Positions 1 through 10,360 of a stretch of DNA of 64,000 nucleotides are shown one piece after another. The first letter of the stretch is position 1; each line of letters begins with the position of its first letter. Source of the DNA: a virus (lineage: Duplodnaviria > Caudoviricetes); IMG/VR virus record IMGVR_UViG_3300031953_000001. One strand, 5' to 3'. The notes beneath the pieces were generated by a model. That model ran no database searches and was not told where the DNA came from. It was given only the letters and a program-made list of their open reading frames with translations. The position numbers were made by a program, and so were the translations under genes.

Positions 1-270
1 ATGAGTCTACCCAGAGCCATTGGGTTTATCAAAGTGGTTAAACGCCATCGATTGGGCATGCTCGGCGATGTGCAGGATGCTTTGCTAAAGTGCTGGAACA
101 AACCCGGCTACGACGACGCCATGATTGACCTGCCGTCCTTTGGGCGGTGGCTGAAAGAACATCACGGCAACGGCTTACGTCCGGAACAACGGCGGGCGGC
201 GTTTGAGTTGATGCCGAAAATTCAACGAGTGATGAGCAAGGACTTCAGCACTAAGCGCACCACCGCATGA
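1..270 (+). CDS. hypothetical protein (possibly the 3' part of a gene starting upstream of the window)
   Basis: ORF at the window edge, followed directly by a terminator hairpin at 271-307. Confidence 0.6.
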   Translation: MSLPRAIGFIKVVKRHRLGMLGDVQDALLKCWNKPGYDDAMIDLPSFGRWLKEHHGNGLRPEQRRAAFELMPKIQRVMSKDFSTKRTTA

Positions 271-307
271 CGGCATAGGGGAGGGCTTGCGCCCTCCCCG
301 TATGCTG
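271..307. terminator. bidirectional intrinsic terminator with CGGCATA/TATGCTG flanks
   Basis: gcata-gggg-agggc-ttgc-gccct-cccc-g-tatgc hairpin between convergent genes. Confidence 0.8.
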
Positions 308-321
308 CTTTGCCAACACGC

Positions 322-942
322 CTACTCCGGAGGTGGCAGTAGGTTGTTGTCTATTACTAACTGCTCCAGCGTCTGGAGACGTTCAATCAGATCGCTGTTC
401 AGTTGCAATTGATGCAAGTACTTGGCTCGGTCGGTGGTTCGAAACTCAATGTTGGCCAAGCGAGACGCTTCCAACACCTGATGTTCAGTAGGAGTGACTG
501 CCCCTGAGACCGGAGCCACGGCTTCTTTCACTTCGGGTTCTTTACCGATGATCTTACTGCCGACGGTTTCCATCTCCTGACGGATGTAGTCCAGGTCTAG
601 GAAATCGGGCAACACCCCAAAGTCCACAGACAAAACCACCCGTTGGTAGTTCACCACCCCCAAATCCGGGTAGGACACTATGTAGGTGTCCGGCACATAG
701 ACGATGTCGAAGTCGTCAGAGATCAGGGTAATGATGGCCGTATGGGCTTGTTGGTCTGCGTTGAAAACGCTTTGACTCAACCCCTTGGGTTCGTAATATC
801 GACGGTAGACATCTTCACCCAACTCATAGATGTCTTGAAAGGATCGGATTGCCTGACAGGTGTACACCTTAGCCGCTGAGACTTCCCAGGGCTGGCGCAG
901 CTGATAGATCCCACGAGCCGCGAGCGGTGGGGTTATTCTCAT
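322..942 (-). CDS. conserved phiKZ-like protein, putative virion structural protein
   Basis: 206 aa ORF co-oriented with the upstream gene; resembles Chimalliviridae structural proteins (recall). Confidence 0.6.
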   Translation of the reverse strand: MRITPPLAARGIYQLRQPWEVSAAKVYTCQAIRSFQDIYELGEDVYRRYYEPKGLSQSVFNADQQAHTAIITLISDDFDIVYVPDTYIVSYPDLGVVNYQRVVLSVDFGVLPDFLDLDYIRQEMETVGSKIIGKEPEVKEAVAPVSGAVTPTEHQVLEASRLANIEFRTTDRAKYLHQLQLNSDLIERLQTLEQLVIDNNLLPPPE

Positions 943-984
943 ATGACTACCTCATCAGTCCGGTTGAGGAAACAGTGGATCGCC

Positions 985-2346
985 TTAACCGACGATGTCG
1001 ACAGGCTCTACGGTGGGATCAATCTCCCCAAACAGATCTTCGTACGCCAGACGCGAGACCACCAGATACTGGAACTCCGCATGAGAGGCCACCAAGTACA
1101 ACACACCGTCGCGCTCAAGGCGAGACATGCCGATGGGTAGGTCGGAGTACTCAGTCATGTCGTCGGCAACCCGCATCATGTTTGACAACAACACCGTCCA
1201 GTTTTGAGTGTCTGGCGACATACGACCAAACTCACCGGAGTCCGTTGGGATGGCGATGTAGTCTGGGAACTTCTGCGACAGTGTGTTGATGGCGTCCCGA
1301 TTGTCTGGACCGCCCACGGCCAAGAACCCCATAGACCGCCAGTTAGCGACTGAGGTCTCTACCACGTCGTCTACGTGTGCTGACGGGTAACGGGTGGCGG
1401 TGAGCCTAGCTATGGCCAACACGGTCTTGTGTCGAATCGTGGGGCTGTATAAGCCTTTCACCAAAGTTTCGTTAGGAATGCTGAAGTTGGCCCACAAAGG
1501 GGTGATGATAAACTCAGTGGCCTTAAACAAGTCGGGAATGAACTCTTCCCAAGCAGCACGGTCGCGGGCGGAGTTGGCTAGAATGTACGAGGACAACGTG
1601 GCTTTGATGTTGTCGATGTTGTTGCCCGCAGGACCGTAGATAACCAGCGTCCAGGGGGTGGTCAACTCGTAATCCGGTTGAATCGGATTCGCCCAAGTGT
1701 ACAGCTCTACTCGCTGGTGCGTAGGAGGCTTATCACCGATGACGGCTTGAATGCGTTGCATGCGTTCTGTGTCGTTGTACTGATCCAACAGCGCTTTGAC
1801 TTCCACCGCAGTCTTAAAGAAGTCGTCCAGTGCGTCGATGGGAGGTACCACTTCGATGGTGTACTCATCATACTGTGCACGAAACGCTTGATCGCTTAAC
1901 CACAAACGGATGAAGTTTTCAGCATCCACGCCTGGAGCAACCACTTTAAAATCAAGATACTGTGGCAACCAGGTAGTGGTGTCGCCCTCTTGAACCATCT
2001 GTCCCACATTGAGATCGGTCAGGCGGTCGGAGAACTCGGCCAGCAACAAACTGCTGAACTCACTTTCACTGCCGTTAAAAAAGCCGCCTATGGCGTTGGT
2101 GTATAGCCATTGACCCAACTCCAGGATCGGGTCGCGGTAAGCCACACGGATTTCGGTTTGAACGCCGTCGTCGATTTGACTGTGGAAGACCATCAGGTCT
2201 ACGTCTGGCTCAGCGCTGCGGCTGTAATGCCCAATGTCTTTGCTGAAGGTTTTGGCGTAAGTGGATAGTTCGCCCAGCTGGGCAATGGCGCCTGGGGTGT
2301 TGTCGGCCAATGGCTGGATGACCATAAAGCCTTTCATAACGTACAT
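985..2346 (-). CDS. putative virion structural protein (phiKZ-like)
   Basis: Long ORF; start moved to the ATG at 2346 (MYVMKG), which has AGGAG just upstream on the minus strand. Confidence 0.65.
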   Translation of the reverse strand: MYVMKGFMVIQPLADNTPGAIAQLGELSTYAKTFSKDIGHYSRSAEPDVDLMVFHSQIDDGVQTEIRVAYRDPILELGQWLYTNAIGGFFNGSESEFSSLLLAEFSDRLTDLNVGQMVQEGDTTTWLPQYLDFKVVAPGVDAENFIRLWLSDQAFRAQYDEYTIEVVPPIDALDDFFKTAVEVKALLDQYNDTERMQRIQAVIGDKPPTHQRVELYTWANPIQPDYELTTPWTLVIYGPAGNNIDNIKATLSSYILANSARDRAAWEEFIPDLFKATEFIITPLWANFSIPNETLVKGLYSPTIRHKTVLAIARLTATRYPSAHVDDVVETSVANWRSMGFLAVGGPDNRDAINTLSQKFPDYIAIPTDSGEFGRMSPDTQNWTVLLSNMMRVADDMTEYSDLPIGMSRLERDGVLYLVASHAEFQYLVVSRLAYEDLFGEIDPTVEPVDIVG

Positions 2347-2516
2347 ACGCGAGCTCCTAGTTACTAATTCTATGACTATTGACGCAGGACTGGGCGTGCG
2401 TTTAAGTGGGCACACCTGCCCCTAGGCACCCGCGTACAACTGCGTATTGTGGGAGAAAACAACCATATCATGACGGTCATGCGTCGATGATTCTCCCGTT
2501 GAAACTCAGGAGTGCC

Positions 2517-2981
2517 ATGAACTTACTTAAGATATTCAAGGTCCTGGAAGTTATGTGGCCATTTATTAAAGAGATCTTACTGGATAAAGATACGCCGGCA
2601 CCGGATCGCAGAAAGAAAGGGATGGCTCTGGTGCTTACCTTGGCGTTTATCTTTGTTGGTTCGGGGGGGTGGACCATGGTTCACGCGTATGTGACACCGT
2701 TCCTACCGCCCAATCAAACCAGCACGCCCTCCGACACGGACCGAGACGATCAATGGGTTCGGTTTTTAGAAGACCGCCTGACTGAGAACCTCGGTCAGAT
2801 CACCCAACTTCGACGTGAAGTGGCCACCTTAACGGTTAACCACAAGCGCGAATTGGCCCGCGCCAACCAACTGCAAGTGGAGATCGATGAGTTGATTCAA
2901 GATTTTGATCACCCAGTTGAGGAACGGGTGACCAAGAACCGCATACTGGATCGACTGGAGTCTCTGAGGAATGTTCAATGA
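2517..2981 (+). CDS. putative inner-membrane spanin (Rz-like)
   Basis: One hydrophobic segment (GMALVLTLAFIFVGSGGWTMV) then a coiled-coil region; AGGAG before the ATG at 2517; ATGA overlap with the downstream lipoprotein gene. Confidence 0.65.
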   Translation: MNLLKIFKVLEVMWPFIKEILLDKDTPAPDRRKKGMALVLTLAFIFVGSGGWTMVHAYVTPFLPPNQTSTPSDTDRDDQWVRFLEDRLTENLGQITQLRREVATLTVNHKRELARANQLQVEIDELIQDFDHPVEERVTKNRILDRLESLRNVQ

Positions 2982-3409
2982 GATACTTTGTTCTGATGTG
3001 TGCCCTGCTGGCTGGGTGTGTGGCGCCTCCTATTACCATCACTCAGGGCGCACGAGAGGCGAGTAAACGCGAGGTAGATAAGGTTGAGCGGGTGATCGTT
3101 ATGGTGTATCACCACGAGGTGGTTAAACCGTCACAGATGACGATGGCGCCAACCGCAGCACCCTTACTCTCTAACGCCAGTGTGTCGGCGGTGGTGTCCT
3201 CCGAGTGTCCTCGATTTAAACGGCCCAGATACACCAACCTCCCAAGTGTACCGGTTATAGACCCAAGTCGCAGCGACGACTACCAACACATCGCGGAGGT
3301 CCTTCTGGACCATGTAGAAGCATTGATACAACACGCCGCGGACGTTAAACGTCGAAGTGCGGTTGCGTACAATCAATACGTTCAAGCCTGTGAGTTAAAC
3401 GTGGATTAA
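2978..3409 (+). CDS. putative outer-membrane spanin lipoprotein (Rz1-like)
   Basis: Signal peptide with lipobox MRYFVLMCALLAG-C; Pro-rich segment CPRFKRPRYTNLPSVPV; extra Cys near the C-terminus. Confidence 0.7.
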   Translation: MRYFVLMCALLAGCVAPPITITQGAREASKREVDKVERVIVMVYHHEVVKPSQMTMAPTAAPLLSNASVSAVVSSECPRFKRPRYTNLPSVPVIDPSRSDDYQHIAEVLLDHVEALIQHAADVKRRSAVAYNQYVQACELNVD

Positions 3410-3455
3410 TCCTGACGGAGTCGACTCATCTAATGATGGGCGGCTCTGTTAGGGC

Positions 3456-4994
3456 ATGTATTCTCAGCTTACCAACTCGGATGTAGTTATGACCGAAGAA
3501 ACCAAAACCACCAAAAATGAACCCCCTATAGAAGAGTCGTTGAACTTCATCGTCTACACCGACGGGGGCAGTAAACCGTCTCGAGGTCGAGGCGGGTATG
3601 GCTTTCACGGGTATCTCTATCGCGATGAGGTGCCTAAGCAAGGTTCTGGGGCCAAAGCCACCCCCACGAAGAACGGCTATGTTCCTTCAGCCCCAAAAGA
3701 CCAAGCGGTTGAAGTGGTTGAGTACGCCGATCTGTACGCGTCTATGGCTGATGAAACCACCAACAACGCTATGGAGTTGATGGCTGCGATTGAGGCTTTG
3801 GAGTTTGCTGACCGTAAGAACGTTCGGTACATGAAGTTGTATTACGACAGTCAGTACGTCGGCAATGGGTTGGCCGAATGGGTCTCTGGCTGGCAGGCGA
3901 ACGATTGGAAGAAGTCAGACGGCACCGACGTACAGAATCGTGAGTTGTGGCAGCGCATGCTCAAAGCAAAAGGCAACCTTGAGATCAAGAAGGTCACCAT
4001 CGACTTGCAATGGGTACGAGGACACAACGGCGATTTGGGCAACACCTTGGCTGATGCACACGCCAGTCGAGGGGTCTTATTGGCGCAGAAGCGCATCGTT
4101 GATCGGCAGCTGCTGGAAAGCAGTGGCAAAGGGTATTGGAACATCAAAGCTGAGTACAATCGCATGCTCTCTAAGAGCTGTTGGTATTTTAACACCAACG
4201 TAGGCGACAGCTTTAAAACCGAAGACGGACGGGTGGTGTATCACCTAGGGAAGCATGGGGACAATGATAATATGTTGGGCAAGCGAATGTCCGATGCCAG
4301 CTTCTCCGTGGTGTACCTGAAAGAACCCAGTCCGGTCCTTGAGACCTTGCGACACTATCAGGACCAAGTGAGCGATGGCACGAGCAATCGGGTCATCATC
4401 GGACGTTTGGACGCCATCCACCAACCTCGCAACTACCTGGACATCCACGATAATGGGGATAAGTTCTTAACGCGCGGGGGACGGCATTTGGATCTGACCA
4501 ACGTCGACGCTGTTCAGTTGACCAAAGAAATGCGCCCGGCACGTCTGGCGTTCCGCGCCATTGAAACCCTGGTGGGGCTCGAGGCGTTTTTGGAGGACTA
4601 CGTCTTTGATCGTAAAGACAACCCCCAACGCATCGATTATATAACCAAAGACATCACCGACCATCTGTTTGACAAGGAGACAAACGGTAAAGGGAAAGTG
4701 AAGTGTAAAATGAAGAAAGAGTTGGGTACTTCTACCCGCGCCCTTGAAGTGGACGTAGATTACGCCACTGGGACACATCAAGGGACGATGGCCATTGCCT
4801 TGGCGTTCGATCTGGACCTACCGAGCCGTAACGCGCTCTCCGCGCTGGCCGATCGCGATCCGGTGGTGAAAGTCATGACGTGGCGTGAGTCCGATGCGTC
4901 TTTCCGATACGCCACGTTGGTGGAGGCGGGAGACGACGTCGGGATCTGGTCGTCCGTGTACTCTAACCTGAAACTCGTCAACGGCGCCGCTTAA
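3456..4994 (+). CDS. rnhA: ribonuclease HI with long C-terminal extension (phiKZ gp155-like)
   Basis: RNase HI motifs VYTDGG, TNNAMEL, YYDSQYV, NRELW, WVRGHNGDLGNTLAD. Confidence 0.9.
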   Translation: MYSQLTNSDVVMTEETKTTKNEPPIEESLNFIVYTDGGSKPSRGRGGYGFHGYLYRDEVPKQGSGAKATPTKNGYVPSAPKDQAVEVVEYADLYASMADETTNNAMELMAAIEALEFADRKNVRYMKLYYDSQYVGNGLAEWVSGWQANDWKKSDGTDVQNRELWQRMLKAKGNLEIKKVTIDLQWVRGHNGDLGNTLADAHASRGVLLAQKRIVDRQLLESSGKGYWNIKAEYNRMLSKSCWYFNTNVGDSFKTEDGRVVYHLGKHGDNDNMLGKRMSDASFSVVYLKEPSPVLETLRHYQDQVSDGTSNRVIIGRLDAIHQPRNYLDIHDNGDKFLTRGGRHLDLTNVDAVQLTKEMRPARLAFRAIETLVGLEAFLEDYVFDRKDNPQRIDYITKDITDHLFDKETNGKGKVKCKMKKELGTSTRALEVDVDYATGTHQGTMAIALAFDLDLPSRNALSALADRDPVVKVMTWRESDASFRYATLVEAGDDVGIWSSVYSNLKLVNGAA

Positions 4995-5027
4995 CCGCAC
5001 GCCTTGGTGAACTAGCTGGACTTTGTT

Positions 5028-5471
5028 ATGATTGTCTTACGTAAAGCACTGCTGTTGATACTCAAACCTCTGATCTTGATACTGACGTCTGTGTGTGGGT
5101 TGCTTTTACCCGCTCGAGGAAAGCGGATTATCTTTGCGGCATCTTTGTACACGCATCTGAACCGAATCGACCCCAGTCAACTGGATCAGGCCGCCATGGC
5201 GGAATACCTGGACGAGCTTAACCGCTTGTTTCAATTGACCGGACGAGAGCATCGCGCGTTGCTCATGCCGTTGATGTTGCACGAGTTGATTTGGGCGGAC
5301 GTAGACCTGCCCGACAACGAGCGACTGACTAAGCAAACGGTGCAAAGTAACTGTGAGGTTTTACTCAAACGCATTCCGCAATGGCTAAAGTACGATCACA
5401 AGGTGATGCGTGATGACGCGTCTTTGATCGTGCGGCGCTGTGCGGGCCGACATTTACGTTTACAGTCTTGA
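5028..5471 (+). CDS. hypothetical protein with hydrophobic N-terminus
   Basis: 147 aa ORF in an operon-like run between RNase H and NADAR. Confidence 0.65.
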   Translation: MIVLRKALLLILKPLILILTSVCGLLLPARGKRIIFAASLYTHLNRIDPSQLDQAAMAEYLDELNRLFQLTGREHRALLMPLMLHELIWADVDLPDNERLTKQTVQSNCEVLLKRIPQWLKYDHKVMRDDASLIVRRCAGRHLRLQS

Positions 5472-5514
5472 CCCTCAGTGGGTGTGAGGGCAGTCGAGAA
5501 TAAGGAGATAGGCA

Positions 5515-5979
5515 ATGATGTACGATCCAACGCTCCCAGAGGTCTTTGGGTATCGCGGTGAATTCTTCTTCTTAAGCAACTTCTACCCCCACATGAACCC
5601 TCTGATAGAAACGTTTCAAGGAACCTCTATCTGTTACCCTACCGCCGAACACGCCTATCAAGCGTCTAAGTCACTGCGTCTGGCCTCAAGATTGACGGTC
5701 GCCAACGCCCCCACTCCCGGGAAATCCAAAGTGGCAGGTCGCAGTTTGGCCTTGCGACTGGATTGGGATAAGGTTCACCTCGACGTCATGCGTCACTGGG
5801 TGCGAGAAAAGTTCGCACAGGAGCACTTGGCACAGAAGTTGATCGAGACCTACCCCAGGAAGCTGGTAGAAGCCAATAGCCATGGGGATCAGTACTGGGG
5901 CACTGATGAGTTTGGCGACGGTCTGAACTGGCTTGGAGAGCTTCAGATGGAGTTTCGTTTGGAATTGATTGAACGTTAA
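5515..5979 (+). CDS. NADAR (YbiA-like) family protein
   Basis: Motifs FLSNFY, PTAEHAYQASK, REKFAQ, LVEAN..DQYWG, G.NWLG..LM. Confidence 0.9.
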   Translation: MMYDPTLPEVFGYRGEFFFLSNFYPHMNPLIETFQGTSICYPTAEHAYQASKSLRLASRLTVANAPTPGKSKVAGRSLALRLDWDKVHLDVMRHWVREKFAQEHLAQKLIETYPRKLVEANSHGDQYWGTDEFGDGLNWLGELQMEFRLELIER

Positions 5980-5981
5980 AA

Positions 5982-6024
5982 CAGCATAAACAGAGGAGGC
6001 CTTTTGGGCCTCCTCTTATTCGGT
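5982..6024. terminator. bidirectional terminator between NADAR and DUF285 paralog A
   Basis: agaggaggcc-tttt-gggcctcctct hairpin, with CAGCATA on the 5' side. Confidence 0.8.
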
Positions 6025-6039
6025 CCTACTTAGTTGAAG

Positions 6040-7569
6040 TTACAAGATGCCAAGTTGGGCATTGCTTGGGCGTTGGTTAACAGTCAAGTTAGACCCACCT
6101 GAGAAGGCACTGGCAGTCACAACGTTATCGACATTCCACATGGAGATGTTCTGACCGAACGTCGATGCACTAAAGAACATCGTAGCCATGTCCGTAACAC
6201 TAGACGTGTTCCAAGCATTTAGTGGTTGATTAAAGGCCCCTGCGGATCTGAACATGGAACTCATGTCAGTGACGTTCGACACGTTCCAGTTATTCAGCGG
6301 ACGGTTAAAAGTAATTGCATCAAAAAACATGGAGTCCATACTGGTCACGTTAATTGTGTTCCACGTGTTCAACGTGCCATTAAAGGCTGACGCGCCGCGG
6401 AACATGCGAACCATGTCAGTGACCTTGGAAACATTAAAGTGATCTATCGATTGGATAAACGAGATGGCAGTATTGAACATCTCCCTCATGGTTGTCACGT
6501 TGCCTGTATTCCACCCAGCTAACGAACCATTGAACACGCTGGCGCCGAGGAACATACGAGACATGTCCGTAACCGCACTCACATTCCAAGTGTTCAGGTG
6601 CCGGTTGAACGCGCTGGCGTTGTAGAACATGTTACTCGTGTTAAGACAGCTGCTCAGGTTCCAGTCGTTTACCGAGCCGTTGAAACTCAACGCATGTGAG
6701 AACATGTGTCTCGCGTCTACCACATTACTGACATTCCAAGTATTCAAGGCTTGATTGAAGGTACTGGCGTAAATGAACATCTGTTCCGTCTTAGTGACAC
6801 CACTCACATCCCATGAGTTCAGCGGTTGGTTGAAGACGGTGGCCTGGGCGAACATCGACGTCATATCAACGACGTTAGACACATCCCAATGGTTGATGTT
6901 GCTGTTGAAGTCACCGGCAGCCTGGAACATGCTAATGCAGCTTGCGCCCGGCAAGAAGGTCGGTTCGTCACTGGCACTGATCACAAACCCAGTACGATCA
7001 CGGAACATGCTCTCAGTAGACGCGAACGTGGCCACGCCCCACTGCATGACGTCTTTGATCTGTTTCCGGTTGGCGATCAACGATCTTGTGAAACCATTGA
7101 TCATACCGTGGACTTCTACGGTATATTGACCTGGCGCGGAGTAAGTGTGAGAGGCAGCGCCGGTATAAGACTGATACCCAGAGTTATCGCCCCAGTCAAT
7201 GGTGATGTCGGAGCCAGTCTCAAACGACAGGATGACGTTGGTGGCACCTACGGTGGTGGCTTCGGTATCCACCAACAGTTTCATACCTTGACCGAACATT
7301 TTACCGGTCGTGACGATAGTGGCGATGTCGCCGCGGACCAAGGCGTTCATCCGCCCTGGATTGGAGAACAACTGATCGTCGTTGGTGACGGCTGGGTCGT
7401 CTTGCTTAACCTGAGAGATGAGCTTCGCGTACTCATCGCCTTTGGCTTGTGCCGCAGCGCGAGTGGCATCTATGTCTACTTGAACCCCAGAGACGACGGC
7501 TGCCGTGTGGTTTTCAATGGCGGTGTTCAGTTCTAGGCGTTTTGCGTTTAAGTCGTTTAAATCGGCCAC
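6040..7569 (-). CDS. DUF285/BspA-type repeat protein, paralog A (N-terminal family module + PKD-like domain + 11 repeats)
   Basis: About 25-aa repeats FNxxLNxWNVSNVTDMxxMF; ITIDWGDN...HTYSAPGQYTVEV PKD-like motif; GTG start with AAAGGA upstream. Confidence 0.85.
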   Translation of the reverse strand: MADLNDLNAKRLELNTAIENHTAAVVSGVQVDIDATRAAAQAKGDEYAKLISQVKQDDPAVTNDDQLFSNPGRMNALVRGDIATIVTTGKMFGQGMKLLVDTEATTVGATNVILSFETGSDITIDWGDNSGYQSYTGAASHTYSAPGQYTVEVHGMINGFTRSLIANRKQIKDVMQWGVATFASTESMFRDRTGFVISASDEPTFLPGASCISMFQAAGDFNSNINHWDVSNVVDMTSMFAQATVFNQPLNSWDVSGVTKTEQMFIYASTFNQALNTWNVSNVVDARHMFSHALSFNGSVNDWNLSSCLNTSNMFYNASAFNRHLNTWNVSAVTDMSRMFLGASVFNGSLAGWNTGNVTTMREMFNTAISFIQSIDHFNVSKVTDMVRMFRGASAFNGTLNTWNTINVTSMDSMFFDAITFNRPLNNWNVSNVTDMSSMFRSAGAFNQPLNAWNTSSVTDMATMFFSASTFGQNISMWNVDNVVTASAFSGGSNLTVNQRPSNAQLGIL

Positions 7570-7630
7570 GTGGGTATCCTTTTAAGTAGGAGAATAAGAG
7601 GACAAGGTGTCCTCTGTATTTGGGCTAACG

Positions 7631-8455
7631 TTATTCGGTGGCCAAGGCACCGGCGGCTTCGATCGAGGCTTGCAATTGCTCGATCATGAACGTGTGGGTG
7701 GCGTAGAACTCTACCTCTTGAGCCATGACGAAACTGACCTTGGCCAACTCGGAAATGCTAACACCGGAGGCGGCGTAGGTCTCTGGGTCGGACTCCATAC
7801 GTTGCAGGAGCTTATCCAAATGCTCGCTGATCGTTTTCACCAAGTCCAGTACCGTCTTCCGCGGGACCCGAGCCAGACGTTCTACCAGATCGTTGTACTC
7901 ACTGGCAATTTTAGGCCATTCCGCTTGACGGGTGATCAGATCCCCGTACGGACGGCGTTCGGCACCATCGCGAGAGAAGTCTTTGGCGATCAAGTCGCGG
8001 ATCGACTCTATGTCGTGAGTAACCACCTTATCCACTATTTTGGATTCACGTTGGGACTGCAAAGTCGAGGGGTCGGTGAGTAGTACAGCTAAGTGCTTCT
8101 CAAACGGTTCAAGGGTCTCTTGAATCAACCCGTCTACAGCGTCCTGAGCCTTATTGAGCGTGCTTAAGTGTTTAAGGTACGTGGTAGCCAGGCCTTTGGG
8201 AACCATCACTGGGGTGCGTCTGAGCAGCATGTAGTTGGATTTCTTAGACAGCTGATAGTGTTTGCTTTCGTTCAGCAGGTCCAGCTCCACGTCAACGTCG
8301 CTCAGCGAGTTGGAAACGAACTCGGTGACTTTGCTGAAATACGCCGGAAGTTTCTGTCGGAGGTAGTCAAAAGAACCCCGAAACGACAGAGCCTCGGTAG
8401 TCAATTCCAGTGCTGCTTGTTCAAGAACGCCCAGGTCGATGGGTTGCTCAGACAT
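7631..8455 (-). CDS. conserved phiKZ-like hypothetical protein
   Basis: 274 aa helical ORF divergent from uvsX; GGAG upstream; TATG motif at 8494-8497 on the minus strand. Confidence 0.7.
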   Translation of the reverse strand: MSEQPIDLGVLEQAALELTTEALSFRGSFDYLRQKLPAYFSKVTEFVSNSLSDVDVELDLLNESKHYQLSKKSNYMLLRRTPVMVPKGLATTYLKHLSTLNKAQDAVDGLIQETLEPFEKHLAVLLTDPSTLQSQRESKIVDKVVTHDIESIRDLIAKDFSRDGAERRPYGDLITRQAEWPKIASEYNDLVERLARVPRKTVLDLVKTISEHLDKLLQRMESDPETYAASGVSISELAKVSFVMAQEVEFYATHTFMIEQLQASIEAAGALATE

Positions 8456-8586
8456 AAGTTACTCCGATTATACTCGAAAGGTTGGATACGGTTCATAAAA
8501 TTTAACGGTACTCGGCTATGGTTTGACCTGAAGCATCGCACTTAGCCGCGGTATCTACAACGAACATACCATTTTAGGAGTCTTAC

Positions 8587-10041
8587 ATGACAGGCTTTAC
8601 TCCTGCCCCACACATTCGCCCTCGGCCTTGCCTTGGTTCCCTGATGGACATTCCCGCAGGCCGTTACCACAAAGGTAAACTGGGCGATATGATTTTGAAT
8701 GGGGGATTCAGTAATTTCGTTGGCATTGGCGGACGAGGCAACACTTTCAAGACAGCATTAGGATTGTCCAACGCACTGACCGTCTTGGACCGATACACCA
8801 ACGCTGAGCTGGTGGTGTACGATGCAGAGATCACGTTTGCGTGGGACCGCATTGAAGACATGTGCGCACGGTATCGAAACATTGACTGGGCCGAAGCAGC
8901 CGATGCGGGACGTATCGTTCTGACGTCAGCGGCAGAGCACAGCGGCAATGCTTGGTGGCAGCTTATTCGGGATCAAGCCGAAGAGCGTGTTAAACAAATG
9001 AAGAAGATGAAGACCAACACGCCGTTCATCGATCGACAAGGCACTCCCATCAAAGCCTTCCCCCCGATGATCCATTTCCTGGACTCTATGAGTCAGCTGC
9101 AAACGGACGCCGTGGAAGAGATTTATAAGAAGCACGAAATCGACGCAGGTGCCGCCAACACCGACGCCCTTAGAGGGGCGGCGATCAAGACGCGTCTGGT
9201 CATGCAAGTTCCTCAAGTCACGTCGGGTGCGGGCATGACGCTGATTGCCACCGCCCACGTGGGCGATGAGATGAAGCTGGACCCTTACGCCCCCGCCAAG
9301 CAACAGTTGGCGTTCTTGAAGAAAGGCTTGAAGTTTAAGAACTGCCCGGAGAAGTTTACCTTCTTGACCTCAAACTGCTGGGTCGTCTCTGATGCCTCGC
9401 CGTTGTTGAACAAGAGCACCAAGTCGCCTGAGTACCCACTGCCGGGTATGAACGATGCGGTAGGCGATACCGATCTACAAGAGCTGACGGTCATTAACGT
9501 GCGCTCCAAGTCAGGACCCACAGGACACACCTTTAAACTGATCATCTCTCAAACCGAAGGACTGCTCTCAAGTCTGAGTGAGTTCCACTACCTTAAGTCT
9601 AGGAAAGACAAGTTCGGACTGGAAGGTCCTGAGGGCGTGACTAAAGACTATCGATTGATCCTGTACCCAGAGCCAATTCTTAAACGGACTAAGGTGCGCG
9701 ACACCATCGATGAGCTCCCACGTCTGCGACGGGCTTTGGAAATCACGTCGGAACTAGGCCAGATCTATGACTACTGGCCGGATTTCCCAAGAGACGATGT
9801 GGTGCAGCCAAAAGCGCTGTACGACAAATTAACGGCACAAGGATACGATTGGGACGTGTTGTTGGACACCCGTGGGTATTGGACGTTCGACCATTACGAA
9901 AACGAAGTCCACCCACTGTCCACCATGGACCTGATCAACATGTATCATGAGCGGTACATCCCGTTCTGGTACCCCGACAAAGACAAATTGAAAGTCACAC
10001 TAAAACCAAATGGTGATACCGATGGCGAGATCAACGCGTGA
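8587..10041 (+). CDS. uvsX: UvsX/RecA-like recombinase (phiKZ gp152-like)
   Basis: P-loop GIGGRGNTFKT, YDAE, HFLDSMS, LIATAHV; AGGAG upstream; position between RNase H and the virion RNAP beta-C gene. Confidence 0.85.
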   Translation: MTGFTPAPHIRPRPCLGSLMDIPAGRYHKGKLGDMILNGGFSNFVGIGGRGNTFKTALGLSNALTVLDRYTNAELVVYDAEITFAWDRIEDMCARYRNIDWAEAADAGRIVLTSAAEHSGNAWWQLIRDQAEERVKQMKKMKTNTPFIDRQGTPIKAFPPMIHFLDSMSQLQTDAVEEIYKKHEIDAGAANTDALRGAAIKTRLVMQVPQVTSGAGMTLIATAHVGDEMKLDPYAPAKQQLAFLKKGLKFKNCPEKFTFLTSNCWVVSDASPLLNKSTKSPEYPLPGMNDAVGDTDLQELTVINVRSKSGPTGHTFKLIISQTEGLLSSLSEFHYLKSRKDKFGLEGPEGVTKDYRLILYPEPILKRTKVRDTIDELPRLRRALEITSELGQIYDYWPDFPRDDVVQPKALYDKLTAQGYDWDVLLDTRGYWTFDHYENEVHPLSTMDLINMYHERYIPFWYPDKDKLKVTLKPNGDTDGEINA

Positions 10042-10360
10042 TCTAGCGGCAGAGTTGTTTGCTCTGCTGGGTTCACGCTCACCCGATCATGCGGAGCGTT
10101 GGAAAGCGCTCTTCATCAACCGACACCCGTGGTGGACAACTGGTCCACTGCCGGATGTAAGCATTCAGATTCGTGAGATCAATGAGTTTTGGCGTGTGCA
10201 GTTAGGTATGCTCCTGGGAGACACCTTGCACGCTCGGAGTTGCATTGTAGACAACCTGGAGCCAGATGTGTGGCTGGGTAACTTCAAACGTTACGTCATG
10301 GAGGCTGTATTATACGAACCATTACCCAACCAGCGGTGGCAAGGACATTGCTGCGCGTAA
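10010..10360 (+). CDS. hypothetical protein
   Basis: ORF overlapping the uvsX 3' end and the next gene. Confidence 0.55.
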   Translation: MVIPMARSTRDLAAELFALLGSRSPDHAERWKALFINRHPWWTTGPLPDVSIQIREINEFWRVQLGMLLGDTLHARSCIVDNLEPDVWLGNFKRYVMEAVLYEPLPNQRWQGHCCA

